Shown piece by piece: positions 1 through 12,333 of a stretch of 64,000 bases of DNA. This stretch comes from Octopus vulgaris (lineage: Eukaryota): NCBI GenBank assembly GCA_951406725.2, contig OX597827.1:31744001-31808000 (forward strand), read 5' to 3'. The notes under the pieces are model-generated. The model worked only from the letters and a program-made list of their open reading frames with translations. It made no database searches and was not told where the DNA came from. The translations under genes and the position numbers were made by a program. Positions within the stretch are counted from its first letter, which is position 1. Every line of letters begins with the position of its first letter.

Positions 1-605
1 TTTTGCATTATTCTATTATATTGAATATACTATATTGAATTAAGTAATTTACTGGCGTGCTACACTGTATTGTATTATATTATGCTGTATTTTATGTGGT
101 ATTTTCCATCTACTATGTATTGTGAATAGCAGAATGCACATATTCTTTTATTGGTATTATTATTAATAATAATATATATTAATAGTTTTTTGTAATGTAA
201 TACAATGAACTCTGGACTTTGTATATGTACACTTTGGATGTGGATATATATTTATGTATATTCTAGTATATAGATTTGATTGACTGTAACCTTATGTGTA
301 TGTATATTATTATGTATATACTTATATATATGTATATGTAGGTAATACTCTTATCTACAGGCTGAAACAGCTGTAAGATCCATTTTATATGTATTGTTCT
401 TATGGTATTATTTTACTTATTGATGTGTACTGTTTTATTCTGTTTGATCTGGATGTTCCTAAATAATTAGTTAATAAATTATATGAATTGGTATTATCTA
501 GTAGTTGATGATTGGAAGAAATCTATTCCTCCATTTTCTTATTTTACACACATATATATATATATATATATAAATTGATCAAAATAAAACATATGCGAAG
601 GATTC

Positions 606-647
<42 letters not shown>

Positions 648-922
648 CAGCAGCATATTGAAGCGTATGTATATAGAAAAATATAAAAATGTGAGCATAA
701 AGATATAAAGAGATATAAAGGGGTATAAAGAATATAAAGAATATAAAGAATATATATATATATATATATATATACATTACATATATATGTATATACATTA
801 AATATATATATATATATATATATAGGAAAAAAATCTATATACCATATAGATTTCTGGTGCATCCAAGTTAAGTACCATATTCATGTGAATTCAACAGAAC
901 TCACTTGAATCTTAATTGCTTG

Positions 923-969
<47 letters not shown>

Positions 970-990
970 TATACATATATATATATATAT

Positions 991-1451
991 ATTTAGTGAG
1001 GGAAGAAATGGAGCTGAACGAAGATTTTACAAAATTCCTTTTTATTATTTTCTACATATGTTTCAAAGGCTGCAAAGTCCCTAATTCGGATTGAATAAGG
1101 AGACCATTTTGCAGCTTTCTCTTCAGGAAAAACCAGGAACTTAAATCTCCAACAAAATGCGCAGCAAGCTTTTTCGACAAACGCTCTCTAGGAGCCCATG
1201 GTATGAATGACTTTGCAGCCTTTGAAACATATGTAGAAAATAATAAAAAGGAATTTTGTAAAATCTTCGTTCAGCTCCATTTCTTCCCTCACTAAATATA
1301 TAAAACTTCAAATTTCCGCACTAAGGCACGGTTTTGAGAGCCCATGGTCGTAACCTCAACCGTGATTTTTCTGTTGGGATTTTTGCTACCCAGGTATCGG
1401 TTATAATTTGAATAATCCGTAACAAGATAATTCATTTATCCATTTCAATAA

Positions 1452-1452
<1 letters not shown>
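991..1452. mobile_element. Penelope-like fold-back element (inverted pseudo-LTR plus tail) in (TA)n
   Basis: 991-1079 is the exact reverse complement of 1209-1297. It contains a hammerhead motif and is flanked by TA repeats. Confidence 0.75.
1048..1131 (-). ncRNA. Type I hammerhead ribozyme, intact core
   Basis: Minus strand: UUUUC-CUGAAGA-[gaaagcugcaaa...uuugcagccuuu]-GAAA-CAUAUG-UA-GAAAA. Stem I is 5 bp, stem III is palindromic (ACAUAUGU), cleavage triplet GUA. Confidence 0.8.
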
Positions 1453-1482
<30 letters not shown>

Positions 1483-1946
1483 GTTAAACCAAACATGAAA
1501 ACACAAAGAGAAAACACAACACAAGGACGTGGAACAAGTACAGTATTATTGGACGCTCAGGAAAGAAGGAAAGGAGGGTTTAACGTTTTGAGCGGAGCTC
1601 TTCATCAGAAACATAGGAAAAGGAAAGATCCAAAGAAGGGAAGACGGAGGAAAAAAAAATCGCCAACGGTACACATGCGGTCACATTTTGAATGCAAATT
1701 TTTTTCTAAAAAATCGCAGTGGCGCATGAGAGGCGTGAAGCAGAGTCCCCTACTGAGGAGAGAGCGCTCGGCAGCGGAAAGGGGGTGGGTGGGGGTTATA
1801 GTGACAACAGTGCGAGGGAACAAGGTGGTGGGATGAGTGGGATTAGGAAGAGGGGGTGCAGAGGTGTGGGGAGGAGGGTTGGAATTGTTGGGTGATGTTG
1901 GGTAGGGGTGGGAAAGTCAGGGTGGGGTGTGTGGGTCTGCAGAGGG

Positions 1947-1947
<1 letters not shown>
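1483..1947 (-). mobile_element. Penelope-like deletion derivative: ORF N-terminal fragment plus pseudo-LTR with minimal hammerhead
   Basis: LSAAERSLLSRGLCFTP is the PLE N-terminal motif (L-S-x-x-E-x-x-x-L-x-x-G-L-x-F-x-P). Hammerhead-like GUUU-CUGAUGA-A-GAGC-ucc-GCUC-(A)AAA-CG-UU-AAAC at 1578-1612 (G12 mutated). Confidence 0.75.
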
Positions 1948-1979
<32 letters not shown>

Positions 1980-2099
1980 TACATATATATACATATACAT
2001 ATATATACATACATACATACACACATACATACATACATATATATATATATATACACACACATATATATACATATATACCTATACATATATATATACTTA

Positions 2100-2147
<48 letters not shown>

Positions 2148-2148
<1 letters not shown>

Positions 2149-2692
2149 TAGCTTAAAAGCTGTTCTATCAGGGGGCGGTTTTAAGCTTAGTATATAGCTT
2201 CCTGAATGGGAAGATCTGCAAACAGATCACTAATTTGTTTGAGAGAATTTGTTGCAATTGCTTCCTCCAGAGTCATATCCCAATGAGGATCATATTCATC
2301 GCAAAAAAATCATGTAAAAAAAAATCACTGAAAATAATCACAGTAATAAAAGAATAGATATACAAAATTTCAGGATTGCAGGTCTGGATTCGGTCCAGAA
2401 TGTTTTTCATTTACTCACAGTGTTGTCCCTTGGATTATAAAAATTGTTATCATACAAAACAATTTGTCACAAAAAGTTACATAAAAGAATCACCAAAAAC
2501 AATCACAGTAATGAAAACTTGGGGATCTAAACTTTCAGGATTATGGGTCCTGATTCGGCTCATAATGTTTTTAATTTACTCACAGTGTCAGCCTGATTCC
2601 AAAATGGTATGATATGTTGGGCTATGGCCTCTAAGAGTAAAGTTGGGAAAGTGTGACACACTGACATGCACATATATTTTATTATATTATAG
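2148..2692 (-). mobile_element. Probable non-autonomous Helitron
   Basis: The minus strand begins ctataatataataaaa and ends with a GC-rich imperfect hairpin then CTAG. It has an internal duplication (tttactcacagtgt). Confidence 0.5.
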
Positions 2693-2853
2693 TATTATAT
2701 TAAGGCGGCAAGCTGGTAGAATCGTTAGCACGCCGGGTGAAATGCTTAGAGGTATTTTGTCTACTGTTAGGTTTTAAGTTCGAATTCCGACAAGGTTGAC
2801 TTTGCCTTTTATCCTCTCGGAGGTTGATAAAATTAGTATCAGTTATGTACTGG

Positions 2854-3752
2854 TCATCGGCGTGTGACAATCACAGTTGTTGATGAAAAGTAGGTTCCCT
2901 TTGAAAATACTGATAAGGCACAGAAAGTGTGTCTATGGCCAGCTGGAGGAGGTGTCCTCCTGGGGCTACAAACTACAGTAGCATCCACCCTCAGGGGTTA
3001 GCCATATTTAAATGGCAAATATGCGTCACGATGTGTTGTAGCTACTGTTTATAACTCGCTCTGAGATTTATTATTGCTTGTTTACACGTTTTCGATATCA
3101 GTGTCTATCGATACTGGAAAAAGGTTTAAGTATTTGTGAAGGGAACCAACTTCTCATTGACAACCATGATTGGGACGAGTACAGCTGTCGGCTGGGTCTA
3201 TGATTAAGATGACACCGCCAACTGGACTCTCGAAGGAAGGTGAGGCATGTTTTCACTGCACGGTTGCAGTAATAAAAGAATGCATGTGGCGTACAAGAAT
3301 GGAAGGAGTCGCAATAGGATCCTTTGTCTCAGGCCCCGGCTTGCTCACTTACTTCAGATATCATCTGAAGAGCAAAATGGGGCTGGAAAAGAAGATCTTA
3401 CCACGAGGTGTGTATGAAAAAAGATGGAAGGACGTGGCAAAAAAAGGTGGGTGCCAGAAACCCAGCTTAACTATTGGATGGAGGAGAGGAAAGAAAAGCT
3501 GCGGGGCCTTATAGGTTGCCGGGGTTTAAAATATCGGTAAGATCACAAGTTAATGTAATGTTGTAATGTTCTATTAAGTCAATGCAAAGGACCATTTAAA
3601 TTTTGTATAAGGAATAATCCATATATTATGGAAAATTTTTAATCGAACCACTTAACTGTTTTTTGTATGTATGTCCTGTATTGTCCTTCTATGTAATGAT
3701 TTTCTAATCGTAATAAAGAAATTCATCGACAACCATGATTGTTACTCGTCTA
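2854..3752. mobile_element. Non-autonomous TIR element (MITE-like) whose right TIR is split by the LINE insertion
   Basis: 2861-2911 (cgtgtgacaatcacagttgttgatgaaaagtaggttcccttt..aatact) is an imperfect reverse complement of 3129-3172 plus 3742-3748. Confidence 0.65.
3173..3722 (+). mobile_element. 5'-truncated Tx1-like LINE 3' end flanked by a 19-bp TSD
   Basis: ORF 3170-3514 (GRVQLSAGSMIKMTPP...VAVIKECMWRTR) is homologous to the ORF2 tails at 11440 and 12334. AATAAA lies near the end. TSD tcatYgacaaccatgattg at 3154-3172 and 3723-3741. Confidence 0.8.
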
Positions 3753-3969
3753 GGGACCCCTCTTTCATCTGCGTTTTGAGAATTTTGCTGCCTTTTTGTT
3801 GAGTGAGTTCGTATTTTTTGTTCGTCGTTGTTTGTGTTACTCGTGAATTGAACAGTTGTCCGTTGTGTAACAGTAATTTTCGCCCTACGGGGCGGAAAAT
3901 TCTGTGTTTAAACATTGACATTACCTTCGAGGTAATTTTTTTGAAACATTTGTTCTCATAATTTGAGAA

Positions 3970-5401
3970 ATGGAGTTCGACTTGGTGTCGAGGAGTGACT
4001 TTCCCGTGATGGGAAAAGGTGAACAAAAGGATACCGAAGTCAAAAAACAGTCTTTTTCGGCCGCAGTGGGCGGAACCGTAACGGATGTAGAATTCAAGAT
4101 TGAACAGTTATTCGAATACCGGAACTTGGTAAAAACGGAAGGCAATGAAATTAAACTGGTACCGCCGCAAGCGAAGGTACAGGAAATAAAGGCAAAGACA
4201 GTTGTATACAAAGTTTATAGCAACAAAGAAAAAAAAATAATGGATGTCAAGAACGAGATAGTAGAAAAGTGCTTGTCTTCGGTGTGGAACAAAATTCGCC
4301 ACGTTGTTCGAGGTGCTCGCAGCGCTACCGTTGAAGCACATTCCGACTCGGCTGATGTGGCAAGAGAGGTGTCATCAATGACCTTGAAAAATGAGGATAT
4401 CATGTTGCTACCTTCGTATATGGGAAAAAGAACAGCCAAACTACATGTAGAGGATATACCAAGAGGGTATGATATAATGTGGGTAGCAGCGGCAGTCCTG
4501 CACAACGTAGAGCGGGAAGTTTCAATTCTGCAGATGAGAAGGAATGAGGAGGTGCACTGGAAAGGACAAGCGCTAGAACTCCTCGTTCAAGCAGAAAATA
4601 AGATACTAGAAAACTTACCCGATAGGGTATTTAATGAGGAGGGAACTTCAATGAGAGTGTCAGTGGAGGGGCGCAGACCTAGGTGCTTCAAATGTGGCGA
4701 AAAGGGTCACGTCCGCTCAAACTGCATAAAAAAAAAAATCAACGAAGCCCCTCCTCAAAGTGCTTCAAACACTGAAAAAGAAAAGGTGGAAAAAGAACCC
4801 AAGACTGCGACAAGGAAAGGAACCGAAACGGAAGATGAAAATGAACAGATGGAATATACACAGGTGACACACAAAAGATAAAAGATAACACCCTGGACTC
4901 CCCTCCCCAAACAAAGAAAAAATCAGCAAACACCGCAGAGATACAAACAAAACAAATTCCCCAGCCCTACCCCCACGGCACTGTATTCATTGGAACACAG
5001 TTCGCCAAGCCCCTCCCCATAAAACAAGATTTGAAAAAATTGATTAAAAAAATGAAAAGATTATAGCATTTGACGAGAAGAACGATAGGGTGTACAAGTA
5101 TTTCAAATTTTCAAAATTTAAACTATTCAGTAAGTCTACAGACACAAAATCAACCACTCGCTTTGCAAAAATAAAGGAAGACGAGTGGAAGGAAAAAACA
5201 CTACAAGAACATTTAAAGAATAATCTCATCAGAGATGTAACGAATGAAATACTGGAGGGTAAACTCATTATAACCCCGGCAACCACACCTACTCAGAGCC
5301 CGATGGCAACGCCGGTTAAGAGCCCTGCAGCTACGACCACAAGGGAGGAAGAAGGGGAAGCAGGCAGATTTAAACTGTCATGCTCTCTGTCCCAACCGTA
5401 A
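3970..5401 (+). mobile_element. Tx1/L1-like LINE ORF1 (gag-like, zinc knuckle), distal part frameshifted
   Basis: 303-aa ORF with CFKCGEKGHVRSNC (CX2CX4HX4C) preceded by EGRRPR. Broken frames continue to about 5401, directly upstream of an APE start. Confidence 0.85.
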
Positions 5402-5428
5402 GCTTATTTATTTTTTCTCTCTCCGACA

Positions 5429-5568
5429 ATGGCAAAGCTGGGTTGTGTGAATGTGCGGGGATGGGGTCGAAATGGAAACAAATTTGTTTCCTGAACGACC
5501 TCACGACACACGGAGTGGACGTAGCTATTGTAACTGAGTCCAAGATGAACGGGGCCCCATTTTCTCCC
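5429..5568 (+). pseudogene. N-terminus of LINE ORF2 (APE endonuclease), truncated
   Basis: MAKLGCVNVRG / MGSKWKQICFLNDLTTHGVDVAIVTESK (1-nt frameshift) matches the APE motifs N-x-R-G and D-(I/V)-x-x-x-x-E-(T/S)-K. Confidence 0.8.
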
Positions 5569-6095
5569 TAACCCTAGATTTGTTTATTTTTGTAAATTTT
5601 TTTACCAAAAATCCCCGTTTTCAGATACGGAGGTTCCGGAAAATTGCCAAAAATCAGCATTGGGAAATTCTCCCCTCCCCAACTTCTTCAATTTTGACTT
5701 TTTTCTCCAACACTAACCTTAAAACCCTAACCCTAACACCGTAAGTATAGAAATGTTTTGAAATTATTGTCCGAATCACGATGTCCGTATTTTTCCGCAT
5801 ATTTATAAAAAAAAAAAAATTCTTAAAAAAAATTTTACAAAGATTTTTAGAAATTTTTTTCACAATCATAATCTCCGTATTTTTCCGCATATTTTGAAAA
5901 AAAAATAAATTGTGAAAAAAGTTTAAAATGAAGGAAATGGGGGTGGGGTGGTAATTTAGATATGTCGATTTTTGCCAATTTTTTTTGCAGATTCGTATTC
6001 TCCGTAGCCGAAAAGGAGGGTGCAGGGGTTCGAAATTTTTTTTTTTTTTAAGTGTGGTTTTTGCGGGTGGGAGGACGGGCGGAAGTCTTGCCATT
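5569..6095. mobile_element. Unclassified repeat that truncates the Tx1 ORF2
   Basis: Abrupt end of the APE frame. Internal duplication tccgtatttttccgcatattt and short ccctaa motifs. Confidence 0.4.
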
Positions 6096-6345
6096 ATTTC
6101 TCGTTCTCACTATGAGCCGTATTTTGCAGTTTTGTTAGACGTTGCAGTGTTGATGACGCACTCTGATTTTGGAGATGTTATTCTTGGGATAAAAATATAC
6201 TTACCAAATCCCATTTACATGATGGAGCTGTGCGCGGCAGGCACACGTTAAATACCTGTTATCAGACAAAATTGCTGGGAAAACCAGCGGAGTGTTCATA
6301 CCCATGCTTGAGCGAAATCCTTAGACAATATTTCTCGTTGCCATT

Positions 6346-6525
6346 AAGGGCGGCGAGGTGGCAGAAACGTTAGCACGCCGGGCGAAATGCGTAGCCGTAT
6401 TTCGTCTGCCGTTACGTTCTGAGTTCAAATTCCGCCGAGGTCGACTTTGCCTTTCATATTTTCGGGTTCGATTAAATAAGTACTCTTTGAGCACTGGGTC
6501 GATGTAATCGACTTAGCTTCTCCCC
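6346..6525 (+). mobile_element. tRNA-derived SINE family A (representative). Other copies at about 2703, 7460, 7665, 15245-15750, 20150, 24740, 28650-29100, 51240, 54910, 57640-58150.
   Basis: ggcggcgag.tggcagaaacgttagc (A box), gagttcaaattcc (B box) and core ctttgcctttcatcctttcggggtcgat..aagtac. Confidence 0.85.
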
Positions 6526-6689
6526 AGAAGTTTCCTGCAAGATAATTTCCCCCCACACCGGGAGATCACGTGCAGAACGATATACAATAAAATGCATATA
6601 TAATGTAATCATTAGATATATATTAAATATATAATAGTAATAATATAATGCGAAAACATCGTGCTGCAATAGTCGATAAAATTTGAAAA

Positions 6690-6870
6690 ATTGGTTGGGA
6701 AGGTAAAATATGCCCCATTCATAAAGGAGGTAGCAGAGCGGAAGCCAAGAACTATAGACCTATCTCTCTGACCTTCCATGAAGTGAAACCAAGTAGCAAC
6801 ACCAAATGGCGGTGCCCCAGCATGGCCACAGCTCATAAGCTGAAACTAGAATCAATCAATCAATCAATCA
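6690..6870 (+). mobile_element. Short 3' end of the same CR1-like LINE with (AATC)n tail
   Basis: gtagcaacaccaaatggcggtgccccagcatggccacagctcataagctgaaactaga matches the reverse complement of 22960-23020. Confidence 0.7.
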
Positions 6871-7080
6871 AAATCCCTGATTTAAACAATAAGCCAATAT
6901 TTCACAATTTCTCAGTAGATAGTACCTGCAGTGGGCATTAGTAAAAGAGCACTGTAGCAAGAAGGATAGTGTAGCTGCCACAGAGTAAAAACAAAAAAAA
7001 CTTTATTTATTTACAGAATAATTGTATTTCTATCAATATTATTAGCTAAATCAAAGAGGGGCGGCGAGCTGACAGAGTCG

Positions 7081-7305
7081 GGCGTAGTGGTTAAGAGCGC
7101 TGGCTACTAACCCCAAGATTCCGAGTTCGATTCCAAGCAGTGACCTGAACAATAATAATAACATTGAAAAATATCTTAGGAATGAGAACCCAGGTTTGAA
7201 ATGCCCTCAAGACACCTGATGAAGGCTGGAGGGTATATCAGCCGAAATGTTGTGTTAACAACAAACAAGATGAGAACAAATATCCGTCGAATGTAAATAA
7301 TGAAC
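7081..7305 (+). mobile_element. tRNA-derived SINE-like element carrying a minimal hammerhead ribozyme
   Basis: A box (ggcgtagtggttaag), anticodon-like arm (gg-ctactaa-cc), B box (gagttcgattcc), then GACAC-CUGAUGA-A-GGCUG..CAGCC-GAAA-UG-UU-GUGUU at 7211-7256. Confidence 0.75.
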
Positions 7306-7852
7306 AACAATAATACTAATAAAGATAATACTTAAAAAAAAAAAACTTCACCACGTGCCACATACTGGAGAAGGCTCTCAGTAATAACAGTGTAGCAAAA
7401 CGGTGGTGCATCAGCATGGCCGCAGCTCTGAGCTGAAACTACAAACAAAACAAAAATCTCGGATGAAATGCCTCGCAGCATTTTGGTTTTATGTTCAAAG
7501 TTCAAATTCTGCCGAGGCTGATTTTGCTTTTCATCCTTTCGGGGTCGATAAAATAAGTAACAGTTGAGCACTGGCGGTCGATATAATCGACTTAGCTCCT
7601 CTCCACGAACTTGCTGGCCTCGTGTCAAAATTTGAAACTAATATTATAAATTAAAGCAAAGAGGATCGGCAAGATGGCAGAATCGTTAGTGCGTCGGATG
7701 AAATGCCGTTAAGCATTTTGTCCGACTAGCTAACGATTTTGCCAGCTCGTCTTTCCGTTCTGAGTTCAAATTCTATCGAAGTCGATTTTGTCTTTCATCT
7801 TTTACGGGACCAATAAAACAGATATCAACCTGAGCACTGAAATCAATTTAAA

Positions 7853-8215
7853 CAGGAGTGGCTGTGTGGTAAGTAGCTGGCTTACGAACCACATGGTTCC
7901 GGGTTCAATCCCATTGCGTGGCACCTTGGGCAAGTATCTTCGGGCCGACCAAAGCTTTGTGAGTGGATTTGGTAGACAGAAACTGAAAGAAGCCCGTCGC
8001 ATGTAATGTAATGTAATGTAATGTATGTATGTATGTATGTATGAGTTTCTGTGTCTGTCCCCAGACAACCGATGCTGCTTTGTTTACGTCCCCGTAACTT
8101 AGCGGTTCGGCAAGAGACCGATTAGAATAAGTACTAGGCTTACAAAGAATAAGTCCTGGGGGCGATTTGCTCGACTAAAGGCGGTGCTCCAGCATGGCCA
8201 CAGTCAAATAAAAGA
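7853..8215 (+). mobile_element. tRNA-derived SINE family B (representative). Other copies at about 9297, 10095, 13500, 17985, 20415, 22512, 26343, 29490, 37240, 38025, 46655, 49690, 52565, 53100.
   Basis: tggctgtgtggtaag (A box), gggttcaatccc (B box), ccttgggcaagt core, internal microsatellite and tail ggcggtgctccagcatggccacagtc. Confidence 0.88.
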
Positions 8216-9231
8216 GTAACTAACCCGTTCCCATCAAAGGTACAGACCTTGAGCCTATAATAGAAAACATCAAAATTAAATCAAAATGTTTTACAGTATA
8301 GAAACCACTTGAAATTACTAAGTAATAAACTCAGTCTCTGAGTTAACTCAGTTAACTCGAAGAAAACCACAGCAATAACTTCTTAACTAGCATCGTAAAA
8401 GGCGAAGAGTAAACGCCTAAACCTCAAGGTATTGTTTTTATGAAAACGTCCCCGTTTTCCAGACTGTAAAATACGAGGATCAATTTTTCTCTTTGATAAT
8501 TAGTTCCATGACCTTGCTGATATATAAAGTCAGAAATAGAAGCAAAGAGAGAGATGGAGATAGGGCCGTAAATTTTAGCACCTGTTCTACTTCCCACCTT
8601 ATGGGTAAAATGTACCGTGCCCTGTTTTAGCATTTGGTTAACCTTTTAAATATCCAAAACATTCGCCTTTTTTTTTTTCCGGTGGTGACTGCACCAAAAA
8701 AAAGGTAAATTCAAAAAAAATTTATTATATTTATAGAAAGAAGGCTGTCGAGGAAGCCTCGGTTGAAAACCGCTAGATTCGATGTAAACGCTGATTTGGG
8801 GGTGGGGGAGAAATGTGAGTAACCCTTAGGAGTGATCTCAAAGCAATCACTCCTGAAGGAAGTGATTGCTTTTTTTTTTTTTTTCTTCAGAACTGTCAGA
8901 AAAAATATCATGGTCTGTTGTTGTAGTTAAGCCTATTTCATCCATTCCAGATATTTGCATCGCCGAGACATTTCGTGTATCGGGGATGAAATTACCTCGC
9001 AAGGAAACGACCAGTATGTTTAATACGCGATGGTCACTTCAAATAAACACACACACACACACACGTGCAAGTACAGACACGAATACACGTATATACACTT
9101 ACAGACATGCTCACACACGCACGCATATACATCACGCGCACACACACACACGAAGTTAAAAAACACTGTCCAGCTTACAAGCTCATTAGGCTGAAGCTTA
9201 TCCTGGTTTCGAAGACATTCAGACTATGTGA

Positions 9232-9263
<32 letters not shown>

Positions 9264-9781
9264 CACATATAGGCACATGAGAGGATGTGTGATAAGTACT
9301 TATTTCAGTCATTTGACTGTGGCCAATCTGGAGCACCGCCTTTTAGTCGAACAAATCGACCCCAGAATTTATTCTTTGTATGCCTAGTACTTATTCTATC
9401 CACCTCTTTTGCCGAACCGCTAAGTTACGAGGACGTAAACACACCAGCGTCGGTTGTCAAGCGATTGTTGGGGAACGCATGCACACACACGTGCATGAGT
9501 GGATGTGTCATTAGGATTCAGCAAAAATTTGCTTCACCACTTACCGAAATTTAGAAAGAGCCGTTAAAACTACTATTTTTTCACTACCATAAGAAAATCT
9601 ACCAAACAGTAATACTCAACAACTCACGCAGGTAAAGAGAAAAAAAATAACGAATCCACCCAGCTTTGATTAACTGCATACACGTTTCGGAGTTAGAGAG
9701 ATGTGAAAAATGTAAAATCATATTTCTACTTTCCCATTATCCTCTTCAGGACAGTAATTCCAGATTTTAAATTTCTGTTGA

Positions 9782-10089
9782 TTTCAAAGAGACAACACCT
9801 TCTTTCGAAGGCTCGTAACAGGTGATGAAACATGAGTTCATCATTATGAACCGGAATCAAAGAGACAGTCAATAGAATGGCGCCACTCTACGTCACCACC
9901 ATCGAAAAAGTTCAAGACGCAAAAGTCAACTAGAAAAATCATGGCGACTGTCTTTTGGGATGCTCAGGGTGTCATTCTGGTCAATTTCTTGCAAAAAGGA
10001 AAAACAATAACCACAAATAAGCTTCATTTTGATGAATGATACATGTTCCTGTTCTATACAAAATGGCATTACTTTTTGACTCACCCTCG
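9782..10089 (+). mobile_element. Internally deleted mariner transposase relic with 3' TIR
   Basis: RRLVTGDET*VHHYEPESKRQSIEWRH...KIMATVFWDAQGVILVNFLQKGKTI, then the TIR-like end ttactttttgactcaccctcg. Confidence 0.88.
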
Positions 10090-10259
10090 TGTAAATATAT
10101 ACGACGGGCTTCTTTCAGTTTCCGTCTACCAAATCCACTCACAAGGCTTTGGTCGGCCCAAGGCTATAGTAGAAGACACTTGCTCAAGGTGCCACGCAGT
10201 GGGACTGAACCCAGAACCATGTGGTTGTTAAGCAACATACCTATTAACACAGCTACTCC

Positions 10260-10309
<50 letters not shown>

Positions 10310-10449
10310 TTTATTATATGGATTGATAAGAACCGAAGTACATCTGTTCGTAGGGGGCCAGAAGTGGGTAGATGCGATGACAGGTCCTGCTGAAATAAAT
10401 AAATTTGAATACATCAAGTGTTAGTAAGATACCGTGGATATACAAGAAC

Positions 10450-10649
10450 CAAATCTGGCATGAATGCCAAGCAATACAGCATGTCGTTCCCAAATTTCTG
10501 GCAGAGTGAATTGCGTCATGGTGCTGTTTTTCTCACAGACGGTGCCCAACTGACCCTAGTATACTGTGTAGTCGACAAAATCTAAAACGAACAACAAGCA
10601 TGCGTGAAATAGAAAATATAGAATGGCGACAATTTACCCATCGCACCCT
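10450..10649 (-). mobile_element. Tc1/mariner-type 5' end fragment
   Basis: Terminus cagggtgcgatgggtaaattgtcgcc (minus), followed by [24 protein letters not shown]. Confidence 0.5.
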
Positions 10650-10663
10650 GTGTGTGTATGTAT

Positions 10664-10699
<36 letters not shown>

Positions 10700-10728
10700 G
10701 TATAATATATAATATACATATATATAGG

Positions 10729-10778
<50 letters not shown>

Positions 10779-10863
10779 CATATATATACACACACATATA
10801 TGTATTTATACATATATTATATGTACATATATAGATACATACATACATTCGTGTGTGTATATT

Positions 10864-10907
<44 letters not shown>

Positions 10908-10998
10908 CATACGTTTGTAAATGTGTGTATGCGTGTGTATATATATATATATATAGATATATACACACAAATACACACACACATATATATACATATGC

Positions 10999-11030
<32 letters not shown>

Positions 11031-11439
11031 ACACACACAAACATGCATACATATACACATCTGTATGTATATGCACACTTGTGTGTTCATACATAAATGG
11101 CATATATACATACACACATCCATAATTCCAAACATACATGCATACATTGCACTCCACATACACACACCTGTTCGTGTACATAGTATGTTGACGATGTAAC
11201 CCTTAATCTACCAAGAAGCTACTTGAAAATGTCGCCAGTGTCACATATCTAATGCGGTCATTGAATATTTGATCAATGGTTGCCCTGAAATGTCATCAAG
11301 ATATTATTACGTCTCAATACAACGTAACATTGTTGCCAAAACAATATAAAATGCCACTCACAGAAAACAATTCCTTGCACAGACATCATGTCTGTCTCTT
11401 TGTTTGTCTATCTATCTGTCTGTCTGTCATCTATCTATA

Positions 11440-12220
11440 TCCGGGCTCAAACTTGTGAAATTTCAATTCCACCAAGGGACGTTCTATAAAAGATTAGTGG
11501 AGGGAAGGTGTGATGATGTTCTTGGGGAGACTCTGTGCGTCAATGGAGAATACCTCTTCAAGACCTCTTCCGATCCAGGACCTATGGACAATTTCCAGAG
11601 ATCCTTGGCCTGGCAGTGCTATCGGGAAGCATTGCCCGTTCGAGATAGGTCTACAGACACGGTTCAAAAAATCCGGACCACCCTGCCCAAGATGCGGTCG
11701 GAACAACGAATCCGTTCTGCACGCACTCGTGCAATGTCCAAATATTTCAGATCTCCGTGGGCCTATGTCGAACGGCTGTTGTCACGTGTGGGATAAGTCC
11801 GGTTGTCAGCCGCATCTATCATAAATATTGCCCCGCCACCTTCCTTTAACCGGGAAAGCAAGGCAGTTTTCATTGTACTGGTGGCAATGGTGAAAGAATG
11901 CAATGTGTATGGTGGAGTTGTTTGAAAGGTTTAGAGACTAATACTGTCCTCTGTGGCCAACCTCTCATCAACTTTTTCAACTGTTACTTGAAAAGGAAGG
12001 TGTGAATAGAGAGGGAAGTTTTGTCTAATGAAAAATTTAACAAAATGATGGGTGAATGTAGCACGGATGGTACACATGAATGACGGAACCACCTTGAGCA
12101 TTAACCTTCAAAAGAAAAAGAGAAAGAGCGCTTGGCTCTCATGTTTTTCTTTTCCGTCGTTACCGTGGTTTTTTATGTAGGTTTTTCTTTCTACGGATAA
12201 CCCTAGTCAATATTTTCGAT
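11440..12220 (+). mobile_element. Tx1-like LINE ORF2 C-terminal fragment (zf-RVT CCHC), degenerate
   Basis: AWQCYREALPVRDR...CPRCGRNNESVLHALVQCP...WAYVERLLSRVG. It is embedded in (ATCT/ATCC)n. Confidence 0.8.
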
Positions 12221-12297
12221 CCATCCGTCCGTCCATCCATCCATCCATCCATCCATCATCCATCCATCCATCCATCCATCCATCCATCCATCCATCC

Positions 12298-12333
<36 letters not shown>

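Noticed and set aside
268-382. Hammerhead at gaaacagctgta (also 59289 and a weak one at 45522 minus)
   Set aside because: The 3' half is recognisable but the 5' core is too decayed to call as a feature.
5714-5738. Telomeric (CCCTAA)n
   Set aside because: Only two or three units inside an interspersed repeat.
7081-7140. Functional tRNA gene
   Set aside because: The acceptor and T stems do not pair properly and the sequence continues into a repeat body, so it is a SINE head.
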